DNA from: a virus
DNA length: 64,000 nt
Virus record (IMG/VR): IMGVR_UViG_3300015263_000719
Span: 1 to 64,000 of that record
Direction: 5' to 3' (one strand)
Under the pieces are notes generated by a model. It worked only from the letters and a program-made list of their open reading frames with translations, was not told where the DNA came from and made no database searches. Shown here one piece after another: positions 1 through 9,502 of the stretch. The stretch's first letter is position 1. Each line of letters starts with the position of its first letter. A program made the translations under genes and the position numbers.

Positions 1-46
1 ATAGGATCATGGATTGGGTTAAGAGCTAAAAGAAAGAAAATAAAAT

Positions 47-241
47 ATGACTAAAGTATTAAATGTACAAGTAACTATCCAATTAGATAAAGTTGATAGT
101 GATAAAACTGATGTAGATTATGTGTTGGATTTACTTGATGAATTCAATACAATTTTACTTGAAAATTTTGATTCTCAATGTCCTCAAATATTAACTGAAG
201 CCGTTGATAAGCATGATATTTCAGAACAAAAAGAAGTGTAG
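47..241 (+). CDS. hypothetical acidic protein (64 aa)
   Basis: ORF with A-rich start context (AAATAAAATATG); no recognisable motif. Confidence 0.6.
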   Translation: MTKVLNVQVTIQLDKVDSDKTDVDYVLDLLDEFNTILLENFDSQCPQILTEAVDKHDISEQKEV

Positions 242-249
242 TAGTAAAT

Positions 250-285
250 GTGCTTGAAGGTAGTAATACCTTCTTGCACTTTATT
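250..285 (+). terminator. stem-loop, possible intrinsic terminator or processing site
   Basis: GTGC-TT-GAAGGTA-GTAA-TACCTTC-TT-GCAC followed by TTTATT; GNRA tetraloop; intergenic. Confidence 0.5.
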
Positions 286-315
286 AAAAATTATAAATAA
301 AAGAATTATAAGAAA

Positions 316-756
316 ATGAAAGTAAAATTTAAGAAACTGCATCCAGATGCAATATTACCTAGCTATAGTAAAACTGGAGATGCTGGTATGGATTTAACTG
401 CTATCAATCATGGTGATATAGTTTTATGTGATCACACTGCTTATTTGAATTATAGAACAGGATTAGCTGTAGAAATACCAGAAGGATATGTGGGATTAAT
501 ATTCCCTAGATCATCTGTGAGTAATCTTCCAGTATGGTTAGCTAATTCAGTAGGAGTTATTGATTCAGGATACAGAGGAGAAATACAGTTTAGATTTAAA
601 CTTGATTCGGATGCTCCTTTCAATTCAGGTTATAAAGCTGGAGATAGAATAGGTCAATTAATAATACTTCCTTATCCAACTATTGAACCTGAATGGTCTG
701 ATGAGTTATCAGATACAGCCAGAGGTGAAGGTGGATTTGGATCAACTGGAAAATAA
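316..756 (+). CDS. dut: trimeric dUTPase
   Basis: Motifs AGMDL, PRSS, GVIDSGYRGEI, GDRIGQL and C-terminal RGEGGFGSTG. Confidence 0.97.
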   Translation: MKVKFKKLHPDAILPSYSKTGDAGMDLTAINHGDIVLCDHTAYLNYRTGLAVEIPEGYVGLIFPRSSVSNLPVWLANSVGVIDSGYRGEIQFRFKLDSDAPFNSGYKAGDRIGQLIILPYPTIEPEWSDELSDTARGEGGFGSTGK

Positions 757-1559
757 TGAAAAAAGAATATTATCAAATAGTTACAGATGAAAAAGCTTTG
801 CTTGATTTTATCAATTGGCTTCCTGATCTGACTGTTAATGAGAAGTTCTATTACTGTTTGTTTGCAAGAAAGAAGTATAGTTCACAATTGATTAAGTCTA
901 ATGACAGAACTCAATTAAAACGTGGACTTGCCACTAAAGAGAATCTCTTTAATAAGATCAAGCAGTTAGAACTACCATTGGGAACATGGGAACTGAAAGG
1001 AATACCAGCTCCTCAAGAATCACTTGTAGTCTATATTAATCCTAATCCCAGAGATGTAATCAAAGGAGCATGGAAGACTGTAAATAAGTTATGTAAGATA
1101 CTTGAGAATCATAGTAATGGTCACAATCCAGTAGCTGAATGTTTATCAGCTATACAGCAGTCTAAGTCACGTAACTTTGTAGTAGATTTTGATATTGATA
1201 CTGATGATAAGGTAATGACTTATGAGATAATTAGTAGAAATATTATTGATATACTTCCTGAAAAGTATTATAAGATTCTTGAAACCAGAGGTGGTTATCA
1301 TTTACTTGTAACACCTCCACCTAAATCAGATAAAATTACTCACATAAGTCCTGAGAGAAGATTATTTCCTAAATGTCATAATATGGTAAAAGGAGAAGTT
1401 TACTATATACATCAGGAATGTAAGTTAGTGTATCCTGAAAACTGGTATAAAGCTATTCAAGAAGCTTTTAGAGATAACTTAGATCAATCAGGAGATAATT
1501 TAATGCCTATACCTGGATGTGTTCAGGGTGGGTTCACACCTAAATTTATTGAGATATGA
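756..1559 (+). CDS. putative archaeo-eukaryotic primase (AEP/Prim-Pol)-like protein
   Basis: hhDhD (VVDFDID), TxGGYH (ETRGGYHLLV) and late D..PG (LDQSGDNLMPIPG) resemble AEP motifs I-III; TAATG overlap with dut. Confidence 0.5.
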   Translation: MKKEYYQIVTDEKALLDFINWLPDLTVNEKFYYCLFARKKYSSQLIKSNDRTQLKRGLATKENLFNKIKQLELPLGTWELKGIPAPQESLVVYINPNPRDVIKGAWKTVNKLCKILENHSNGHNPVAECLSAIQQSKSRNFVVDFDIDTDDKVMTYEIISRNIIDILPEKYYKILETRGGYHLLVTPPPKSDKITHISPERRLFPKCHNMVKGEVYYIHQECKLVYPENWYKAIQEAFRDNLDQSGDNLMPIPGCVQGGFTPKFIEI

Positions 1560-1702
1560 AAATGTTATTTTTAGAACAGAAGGTTATTGATGAACCGTCT
1601 GGAAGAGAAGTTGTTATTAAAGAATTTTTACCAGGAACTCTGATTAAAGTATCTTTTAATGGAGTTACTGATTATATTAACTTTAAAGATGTAAAAGTAT
1701 GA
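1556..1702 (+). CDS. small hypothetical protein (48 aa, MKMLFLEQKVIDEPSG...), not in ORF track
   Basis: ATGA overlap with the upstream stop; fills the gap. Confidence 0.6.
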   Translation: MKMLFLEQKVIDEPSGREVVIKEFLPGTLIKVSFNGVTDYINFKDVKV

Positions 1703-1719
1703 AAGAACAACTAATATTA

Positions 1720-1751
1720 TTTGACTTTTAGAAGTAATTTTTGTATCTTTG
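1720..1751 (+). promoter_or_regulatory. Bacteroidota sigma-A type promoter (-33 TTTG / -7 TAnnTTTG)
   Basis: TTTG 1720-1723, 20-nt spacer, TATCTTTG 1744-1751; ATG at 1756. Confidence 0.8.
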
Positions 1752-1755
1752 TACT

Positions 1756-2397
1756 ATGGAAAAGATAATAGGAATATACAAGATTACTAGTCCTTCAGGA
1801 AAGGTCTATATTGGTCAATCAAGGCATTGTTTGTATAGGTGGAAATATCACTATTCAAAATTACATTGTAAGAGACAAAGACATCTTTACAACTCATTAC
1901 TAAAGTATGGCTATGATAATCATAAATTTGAAATACTTGAGAAATGTAATGTGGAAATGTTAGATGATTTAGAAATAAAATACATTGAGCAGTATAATTC
2001 TACTGACAAAACTATTGGTATGAATTTACGAGCTGGAGGTAATGGTGTAATTATTTCTCAAAAAACTAGAGAGTTAATGAGATTAAATGCATTAGGTAAT
2101 ACCAATATGCTTGGTAAAAATCATACTGAAGAAAGTAAAGCTTTGATAAGTAAAAATAGAAGTGGTATAAAGCCTTCTGATGAAACTCGTAGAAAAATGA
2201 GACAAGCTAGGTTAGGTAAAAAACACTCTGTTAAAACTAGGGAGAAGTTATCTAAAGCTAATAAATTTACTCGTAAAATAAGAAACATGGAAACAAATAT
2301 TATTCACAACTCTATAACTAATGCTGCTAAATTGGAAGGAATTAGTCAAAGTACTATTTATAGAGGTTTAAAAGATGGAAGATATGAGTATGTCTGA
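1756..2397 (+). mobile_element. free-standing GIY-YIG homing endonuclease with NUMOD3 repeats and C-terminal NUMOD1-like HTH
   Basis: GIYKIT..KVYIGQS, catalytic E (LEIKYI), GMNL; NUMOD3-like HTEESKALIS/SDETRRKMR/HSVKTREKLS; likely start is ATG 1756 rather than TTG 1741. Confidence 0.92.
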
Positions 2398-2848
2398 AAC
2401 TTTGGTTTCATTTAAAACAGCTAAATTAGCTAAGGAAAAAGGGTTTGAAGCAGAATTAACTTTATTTTACAATGGCATAGATGATACAGTTCATGAGTCT
2501 CCTCCAGATTTTATATATACTCATGCTGAATTTGAAAGAGTGGGAAACCATCATTCTAATAATAAACATTGGTTGAAATTTTGTTTAGCACCAACTCAAT
2601 CTTTACTTCAGAAGTGGTTGAGAGAGGAGTGTGCCATTATTGTTACATCTATACCTAACTTCTTTAATAAGAATGAACTAATGGGATATATTTATACTCT
2701 TGATAAGTTTATAAATGGTTTTCATGATGGTAAAGATTATGATTCAGATCAATTTGCAATATTAGGAGATAAGGTATCAGAATTCAATACCTACGAAGAA
2801 GCTCTTGAAGCTGGATTATTTGAAGCATTAAAACTTATTAAATTATGA
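2375..2848 (+). CDS. conserved Bacteroidota-phage hypothetical protein (SFxTAKLAKEKGF / APTQSLLQKWLRE / TYEEALE family)
   Basis: Recognisable family motifs; true start probably one of the later Met codons (MSETLVSF). Confidence 0.75.
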   Translation: MEDMSMSETLVSFKTAKLAKEKGFEAELTLFYNGIDDTVHESPPDFIYTHAEFERVGNHHSNNKHWLKFCLAPTQSLLQKWLREECAIIVTSIPNFFNKNELMGYIYTLDKFINGFHDGKDYDSDQFAILGDKVSEFNTYEEALEAGLFEALKLIKL

Positions 2849-3195
2849 AAGAATATATTGAAAGATATTTAGAACTTAAAGAAACATTAACAACTGCTTT
2901 AAAAGAGTATGTAAAGGATAAATCTATTCCTGTTGATGAAAGATGGGAAGCATTTATTAAAGCTGATGTAGCTCCTATAGATGGAACCTATCATGATCCT
3001 GATGGAATTGATTGGAATAAATATACATTGTATGATGATTTTTACTGTGACAGGTATGCTACAATAAAAGCAAATTCTATATTAGAATTATGTAAGGATA
3101 TGGCATCTGATGAAGAGGGTTTTGAGTATGATCCTGTTGCTATAAAGGAATACTTTATGGATAATTTCATTAGTGGATTTATAAATGATTGGTAA
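2845..3195 (+). CDS. hypothetical protein
   Basis: ATGA-coupled ORF, 116 aa. Confidence 0.7.
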   Translation: MKEYIERYLELKETLTTALKEYVKDKSIPVDERWEAFIKADVAPIDGTYHDPDGIDWNKYTLYDDFYCDRYATIKANSILELCKDMASDEEGFEYDPVAIKEYFMDNFISGFINDW

Positions 3196-3428
3196 TTATG
3201 AATAAGGAAATTCAATTAAAGTATGAAAAGATAAAATCCATTATTGAATCTTGTAGGACTAAACAGCAATTATTGAATACCAGATGTCTGGTTATTAATT
3301 TTCCAGATTGGTGTAGATATGATCTTAATAAAGAAAGGAATGAAACTATTCTTTATTATGCAGGTATGCTTGTTGGAATTGCACAAGGTGTAAGTATTGG
3401 ATTAAAAATGGATAAATCGAAATTATGA
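3189..3428 (+). CDS. hypothetical protein
   Basis: Co-oriented ORF; start may be 3198 (MNKEIQ). Confidence 0.6.
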   Translation: MVIMNKEIQLKYEKIKSIIESCRTKQQLLNTRCLVINFPDWCRYDLNKERNETILYYAGMLVGIAQGVSIGLKMDKSKL

Positions 3429-3595
3429 AAATTATTAAAAAAGGAAAGTTACCAGTAGAGGAAGCTAAAGAAGCTACTTGCTGGAGATGTAAAGCAGTAT
3501 TGGAATATGACAGTACTGATATAAAAAGTAATCTCAAAAATGAAGATTATATTGAATGTCCTACTGAAGGATGTAAAGCATTTGTAAGTATATAG
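3425..3595 (+). CDS. small zinc-ribbon protein (56 aa), not in ORF track
   Basis: MKIIKKGKLP...CWRC...CPTEGC; ATGA overlap with upstream stop. Confidence 0.7.
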   Translation: MKIIKKGKLPVEEAKEATCWRCKAVLEYDSTDIKSNLKNEDYIECPTEGCKAFVSI

Positions 3596-3598
3596 TTT

Positions 3599-3766
3599 AT
3601 GAGAACAATAGAATTAACAGATGAACAACTGAAAAGACTTCAGGATATGGTTAGTTTTGAGTTAGATGCTCTTGAAAGTCTTAATGATGACCATACTGAA
3701 GACATGGAAGAATTAGAAAGAATTCAAGAAATTCTTGATAAAGCTTGGTTAGAATCAGAAAATTAA
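3599..3766 (+). CDS. small highly acidic helical protein (55 aa), not in ORF track
   Basis: MRTIELTDEQLKRLQDMVSFELDALESLNDDHTEDMEELERIQEILDKAWLESEN; last gene before the terminator. Confidence 0.65.
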   Translation: MRTIELTDEQLKRLQDMVSFELDALESLNDDHTEDMEELERIQEILDKAWLESEN

Positions 3767-3786
3767 TTTATATTAGGTGATATGAT

Positions 3787-3825
3787 AAAGCTGTTAGGAC
3801 TTCTCCTAACAGCTTTTCTTTTCTT
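3787..3825. terminator. intrinsic terminator at the convergence of the two genome arms
   Basis: 13-bp perfect stem AAAGCTGTTAGGA-CTTC-TCCTAACAGCTTT followed by a T-rich tract on +. Confidence 0.85.
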
Positions 3826-6800
3826 ATCTACCTGTAGTCATATCAAGTATCTTCTGTGCTTCTCTTGGATCTTGGGTCCTACCATTAAATCCAAATAGTT
3901 TGTATAGATATATAAGTGATTTAGAATCACCTTTATCAGCTATTGCTGTATCTTGTTCATATCTTGTAAGACCAGAACCTGTAAGTACACCAGGTATATC
4001 CTGGAATAGTACATTACTAAATAACTTCCATGACTTTTCCCATATTGAATATGTGGCAGTTGGAGCTCTGAATGATCTTGTAAGATCTGAAGGATTACTG
4101 TAGTATAGCATTTCTGATTGTAATCTTGTTGATAGATAAAGAGGATAGCTAAGAGCCCATTTTTCTCTTTCATCATCATCACCAAGATTGTCTATAATAG
4201 CTCTAAGTATTTGAATACTAAGTATCAATGCAAGTATACTACCAAATTCAAATGAAGCCCTTCTAAGATTCATTAACTCAAGAGGAGTAAGTCCCAATTC
4301 TGAAGCTTTAACAAAAGGTATCATATGTTTTGCAGTCTCCATCCAGTCTCTTTTCATTAGTTTCCAGAAAGTATTATAATAACCTTCTCTGGCTTCTCCT
4401 GCTTCATAGTTGACAGAATAGCTCTGCCATCTTCTTTTGAATCCAGGAACAATGAATTTTCTATACATCATAAGCAATCTACCTACAGCATGTTGCTCAA
4501 GTAAAACTTTATCAAATGTATTATAGACACCATGAAGAGACTTATTAATAGAGTGTAATCTGTTTTGTACATCAGTTACTACAAGTCCATCTTCAGAAAC
4601 TGATCCAAGATGATCTATTGACCAACCATCTTTAATCTTTAATTTACCTGTTTCAGGATGCTTTTCATAAGCTTCCAGTAATGGTTGTTCATTACCAAGA
4701 TTATCAATTGCTTTTTCTCTGAACATCATAGCAAAGAAACTTGAAGTTTGGATGTGATGTTCACCCTGAGCCATATTAAAATAATATGTATCAGATGACC
4801 AAAGTTTTTTAGCTGCAGATTGACTAACCTTTCTGCCAAATTTATCTCTTGCAGTACCTTGTACAGCATCATAAATGTCAATGAGCTGTCCATATACAGA
4901 TTTATCAAATGGTTGAGTAAAATCTTTCATGAATACTCCATCCATAACAAGTTTTCTATATCTGGATAAACCTTTTTGCCATTCATCATTATTATAGAAT
5001 TGATTAGCATGTGCTTCAATTCTGGATACTACTTTAGCATTTAACCAGTTAGCAGCACCAAGTATAGGATCAAGACCTATTTGAGTTATTGAACCATATT
5101 TAATAAGTGAATCAGCAATTTTACCCATATCCATACCTAGCCATGGTTCTTTCTTTTTATATTTACCATAGATTTGCATTTCAATAAAACCAGCAAGTAA
5201 CTTAGCAACATTATTGTCACCATAGTCTTTGTTCCATTTAGCAAAAGTATCACCTAACCCAAGAGCTTTAGCAAATTTAGAAACAGATCTTTGTCCACTA
5301 TCAGTAAGTTTTATTGGTGCTTCAACCTTCATTTGTTCAAGCACTGAATCAGCTACTGGAGCAATGGTTGATCTTGCCTCATAAAGATTGGCAGCATCAA
5401 CAAATCTGAGAACTGAACTAACAAGATCTACTGATATATCATTTATATCCATTCTCTTATTAGTATATAATACTGGTATTGCTTTACTACCATCTTCACC
5501 ATGCACATCTTCATCTTCAGGTCTTATCCTGGAGAAGTCTGATTTAAGATATTGAAATAACTTTTTAGTTCCAGATTCCTCTTTCCATCTATCCATATCA
5601 GTTTTAACAATACTTGGAACTCTCATACCTGGTTGTCTAAAGCTTGGAAGTTTTTCCTGTGCTTTAAAATAAGTACCAACTAAGAAATCCCTGTATTCCT
5701 TCAATGGACCAGTAAGATTCTGATATTCTGTATCACTATAAAAAGCAGGATTAGGTTTAGTAAGTTCTGGAGTAGTATAATAAACTATTCCATCTTTAGT
5801 AAAACTATTGAGTTTTAACCATTTATTGAATTGAGCTTCTGACATAAGCCTTTTCTTTTGGGCAAGTATATGATCAGTTCCATATTCAATAATAACTCTT
5901 GAACCATTAGGCATATTAATAGCTACATTACTTGTAGGTTTGTTTACTCTATGTCTTTGATAGAAGTCTCTTCTTGTCTGACCTTTTGTTTTATTATCAG
6001 CTTCAAGGATACCTCTTTCCATTTCAGCTTTTGCTTCTTCATACTTTGTAATATCATATTCATTTACAAAATGAATTTCTTCCCTGAAAATAGGTTGATT
6101 TTCTTTATCAAATTCACCAGTAAAGATTCTGACAGTTTTATATAGACCATCATTGAATTCTTCTACATTATCTCTCTTTCTACCAGATTCATTTTTAAAC
6201 TTTTCAAATGCATCAATAATTGTATGTTGAGCATCCAGTGATTGTCTTCTTGCTATTTCAAAATTATCTTTAGTGGCAAGAGCAACAGCAGCTACAATTT
6301 CATTACTTGAACTAATAGCTGGATTAACATAGATGTCAAATACATTTCTAAGATTGGCATAATTACCTTCTCTTAGCATTTCAGCAAGTTCTTCAACTGT
6401 AAGATGAGATCTTCTATACATTTCAGCAGTTTCCTTATCAAGTTTATCTTGAATAGATTGTCTCTTTTTATATCTCTTTGATTCTTCACTATATCCTCTG
6501 GCTTTAGTTTCAGTTCTATATCTTTCAGCAGCATCTCTTTTAGCTCTGTATTCAGCTTTCAATCTTTTAGTAGCTGGTTCAAGATATGGAAATAAAACAG
6601 CAGCTTGTGCTTGAGGCATAGTTCTGTTTATCATTGACTTATAAGTGTTGATATTGTTTATCAACATTCTCATTTTAGCAAGAGGAGATTCTGGATCAGC
6701 TTGTAAAGGAATAGGTTCTCCTTGATCTGTATACTCAAATCTTTCTTTAAAGTCTTTCATCATCTGAATAACTGGAAGATATAATTCAAGTTGTTCCTTA

Positions 6801-9481
6801 GCATCAGCAAGTTTTTTAACTGCATCTGCTGCATTTATCTGACCTTCTTCAAATAATTTTATATCATCTGCAATCTTCTTTAACCAACCTTTCCAGTTAC
6901 CTTTACCTAACATTGTAGAAGTAGTTTCTTCAATCATAATAGCCATGGCTCCACCAAAGTTAGTTGTTCTTATATCTTCAAGAATTGACTTTAGTTTATA
7001 AGCAGCAGCTTCATTACCTTTTTTGGCAAATTCAGCTTTCTTTTCAGAAAGAGTTTTAGATATTTTTGAAAGAATTCTAAACAGATCAGAAGACTTTTCA
7101 ATATCAGGAATAGGTTCACCAATAAAATTTTTATCTTTACTTACAAGATTTACAAAATCACTGATAGGTGGTTTAAGTTTATCTCTTTCTCTTTTAACAT
7201 CAGTAACTACACTACCTGCTCTATCAAGTATATGTATATGTATAGTTTTATTATTACCAGTTACTCTAATACCATTGGCATTTAGAAGTCCTGTATAAAT
7301 AGAAAGTTGTGCTCTGTGTCTTTCTTTCTTAGAGGCTTTATCTTTAAATTGTTTTGTATAACTTGTTTCAATAGTTGTACCATCAGCAAGAGTTATTGTA
7401 TAACTTTCATCTGTTGGATTAACTGATGATTTAAGATCAAGAACATCTACCTCACCATTACCATGAACAACAAGTATATCTGCTGTACCTGCTACTCCAG
7501 CTTCTATATTATATAGTATCTGTTGATTGAGGATTACAGCATCAGGATATTCTTCTCTAAGTTTAGTGAAAACATCATATAGCTTTTCAATAACATCAGT
7601 AGATAATTTAGCATCTCCAGTAAGAGGTCTATTAGCTAATCCTGACAGATAAAAATCTTTTGCCTGAGCCAGGGTATCCCCCCTTAGCACTGCTGTAAGA
7701 ATATCATCCATTTGATTTCCCCATTGCCTGTTATCTTCATAAGCATCTGGATCACCATCATAACCATAGTAACCAACCTGTCCAGCAGGACCTTTAAATT
7801 TTGATATATAATTGGATGTTCTTTCTGCCCTGGTAATGTCACCAGTTTCAGGATTTACAATATCATAAGCTTTCTCATCAGTTGACAGACTTGAATTTCT
7901 TCTCATCTGGTATAATGTTTCAAGTACCTCCTGTTGCTCTATTGAACTAATAGTTTGGTTACTTATCATTTCATCCCATAAAGGATCTGATTCTTCATGA
8001 TCTTCAGCTTCCCTGTTGAATCTTACATTACTTGAATCACTAACAGACAATACATTTATCTGTTCATCACTAAGTAACATTTCAGCAAGATTTTGAAGAG
8101 TGGTATTCATATCAATTTTAGTAGATTTGATACCAAATACCTGGGCTAACATTTTCTTTATCCATCTGAATATTCTATCTGCAATACTTTTTGCTTTAAG
8201 ACTGTCAAGAGTATCAAGAGCTTTTTCAGTTACAGCTCTTACAAGAACTTCTTCTTTGATCATATCCTTATCATATCCAAGTTGTTCAACCTGTTTAAGG
8301 ATTCTTTCACCATCAGGTGTACTGATAAGATCATTATATAGTTTTTCAAACAGTTCAGGATTTTCATTTCTTAGAGCCATTATAAATGGATGTGCATATT
8401 CATGTATAGGATCTTCAAGACTGAACAATCCTTCTACAAGATATACTTTACCATCTACAAAGAAAGCTGATTCAAGATTAGATATATCTTTATCATGACC
8501 TTTCTTTTTAAGCATAGCAATAGCCTGGTCAGGAGTTATTATCTCATAATCAATACCAAATTTCTTTGGCATTCTTGATAATATTTCATTGACCATCTTT
8601 GTATCATCTACATTGTTAGTACGATTAGCCTCTGATTGTTCAACAGTATTATCAACTCTGATAACTGCTGATTCATTATTGTAAGTTACAGTTTTGAATC
8701 TAAAGCTTGTATCATTATGAAGTCTGCTAACAACTTGTCTTGCTTCCATAGGATGCATTATTCTTTCTTCAAGTTGCTTTGTAACAGGATTCCATATATG
8801 AGTTTGATATGCAGCCATTACAGCAGGTAAACTCATAGTCTTTGCTGATTTTCTATTGAAGTAGATATTAGGATTACCTGAATTAAATGATCCTATATTA
8901 TTAATTGTTTTGGCTTGTGATGATTTAAAAATCATATATTCATCATAACCTGTTTGTTTAGTTATTTCAGTATCAACTCTAATACTATCAAAACCTTGTT
9001 TCTGTAAATCACTTGCTTCTTCTGGACTAACAAATTGTATATCATGAAGTCTTTCTCTGTCTTGTGGATTTTTAATACTTAAAAATACAGGAAATACTTT
9101 TCCTGGTGGTTTGGTAAATAAACCACTTCTTGCTTTAGCATATTGATTGGCATATTCAGGATTTTTAGTAAAATATATTCCATATCTAAGTTCATCTTCA
9201 TTATGAATAGAAGGTATAATTGTTGGAAATTGTGTTCTATCACCATAATCACCACGATACATTATAAGTGGTTCACCAAGATCATTTACTGCTTGACTAA
9301 CATCTTTTGCATTTGGATCAGTCCAATCTCCAAACCAATTAGTGAAGGCTGGAGTGAGCATTTTATTATATGCTGCATCTGCTAATGCTTCATTATTATT
9401 ATATATCTGATAAAGATCATCCCAGGTTTTACTGGTTACTTCTTTACCTGTCTTAGGACTTATTATTAATCTACACGCCAT
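3824..9481 (-). CDS. large polyvalent virion cargo protein: ADP-ribosyltransferase (ART-PolyVal-like), zincin metallopeptidase, PD-(D/E)xK nuclease and C-terminal helical/TM region
   Basis: WFGDW..GEPLIMYRG..GIYFT..VFLSIKNP..GFDSI..DEYMIF (ART); HEYAH..EE (MPTase); GVAGTADILVV..LDLKS..QLSIY (nuclease); last of the giant crAss cargo genes. Confidence 0.75.
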   Translation of the reverse strand: MACRLIISPKTGKEVTSKTWDDLYQIYNNNEALADAAYNKMLTPAFTNWFGDWTDPNAKDVSQAVNDLGEPLIMYRGDYGDRTQFPTIIPSIHNEDELRYGIYFTKNPEYANQYAKARSGLFTKPPGKVFPVFLSIKNPQDRERLHDIQFVSPEEASDLQKQGFDSIRVDTEITKQTGYDEYMIFKSSQAKTINNIGSFNSGNPNIYFNRKSAKTMSLPAVMAAYQTHIWNPVTKQLEERIMHPMEARQVVSRLHNDTSFRFKTVTYNNESAVIRVDNTVEQSEANRTNNVDDTKMVNEILSRMPKKFGIDYEIITPDQAIAMLKKKGHDKDISNLESAFFVDGKVYLVEGLFSLEDPIHEYAHPFIMALRNENPELFEKLYNDLISTPDGERILKQVEQLGYDKDMIKEEVLVRAVTEKALDTLDSLKAKSIADRIFRWIKKMLAQVFGIKSTKIDMNTTLQNLAEMLLSDEQINVLSVSDSSNVRFNREAEDHEESDPLWDEMISNQTISSIEQQEVLETLYQMRRNSSLSTDEKAYDIVNPETGDITRAERTSNYISKFKGPAGQVGYYGYDGDPDAYEDNRQWGNQMDDILTAVLRGDTLAQAKDFYLSGLANRPLTGDAKLSTDVIEKLYDVFTKLREEYPDAVILNQQILYNIEAGVAGTADILVVHGNGEVDVLDLKSSVNPTDESYTITLADGTTIETSYTKQFKDKASKKERHRAQLSIYTGLLNANGIRVTGNNKTIHIHILDRAGSVVTDVKRERDKLKPPISDFVNLVSKDKNFIGEPIPDIEKSSDLFRILSKISKTLSEKKAEFAKKGNEAAAYKLKSILEDIRTTNFGGAMAIMIEETTSTMLGKGNWKGWLKKIADDIKLFEEGQINAADAVKKLADAKEQLELYLPVIQMMKDFKERFEYTDQGEPIPLQADPESPLAKMRMLINNINTYKSMINRTMPQAQAAVLFPYLEPATKRLKAEYRAKRDAAERYRTETKARGYSEESKRYKKRQSIQDKLDKETAEMYRRSHLTVEELAEMLREGNYANLRNVFDIYVNPAISSSNEIVAAVALATKDNFEIARRQSLDAQHTIIDAFEKFKNESGRKRDNVEEFNDGLYKTVRIFTGEFDKENQPIFREEIHFVNEYDITKYEEAKAEMERGILEADNKTKGQTRRDFYQRHRVNKPTSNVAINMPNGSRVIIEYGTDHILAQKKRLMSEAQFNKWLKLNSFTKDGIVYYTTPELTKPNPAFYSDTEYQNLTGPLKEYRDFLVGTYFKAQEKLPSFRQPGMRVPSIVKTDMDRWKEESGTKKLFQYLKSDFSRIRPEDEDVHGEDGSKAIPVLYTNKRMDINDISVDLVSSVLRFVDAANLYEARSTIAPVADSVLEQMKVEAPIKLTDSGQRSVSKFAKALGLGDTFAKWNKDYGDNNVAKLLAGFIEMQIYGKYKKKEPWLGMDMGKIADSLIKYGSITQIGLDPILGAANWLNAKVVSRIEAHANQFYNNDEWQKGLSRYRKLVMDGVFMKDFTQPFDKSVYGQLIDIYDAVQGTARDKFGRKVSQSAAKKLWSSDTYYFNMAQGEHHIQTSSFFAMMFREKAIDNLGNEQPLLEAYEKHPETGKLKIKDGWSIDHLGSVSEDGLVVTDVQNRLHSINKSLHGVYNTFDKVLLEQHAVGRLLMMYRKFIVPGFKRRWQSYSVNYEAGEAREGYYNTFWKLMKRDWMETAKHMIPFVKASELGLTPLELMNLRRASFEFGSILALILSIQILRAIIDNLGDDDEREKWALSYPLYLSTRLQSEMLYYSNPSDLTRSFRAPTATYSIWEKSWKLFSNVLFQDIPGVLTGSGLTRYEQDTAIADKGDSKSLIYLYKLFGFNGRTQDPREAQKILDMTTGR

Positions 9482-9502
9482 AACTATAAGTTTAAATTAG
9501 AA

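Noticed and set aside
1-54. 3' end of an upstream CDS (IGSWIGLRAKRKKIKYD-stop)
   Set aside because: Too short to determine frame or function
1699-2410. Group I intron containing the GIY-YIG ORF
   Set aside because: Almost no non-coding sequence is available for a ribozyme core, and I found no U/G splice junction that restores the frame; a free-standing insertion fits better
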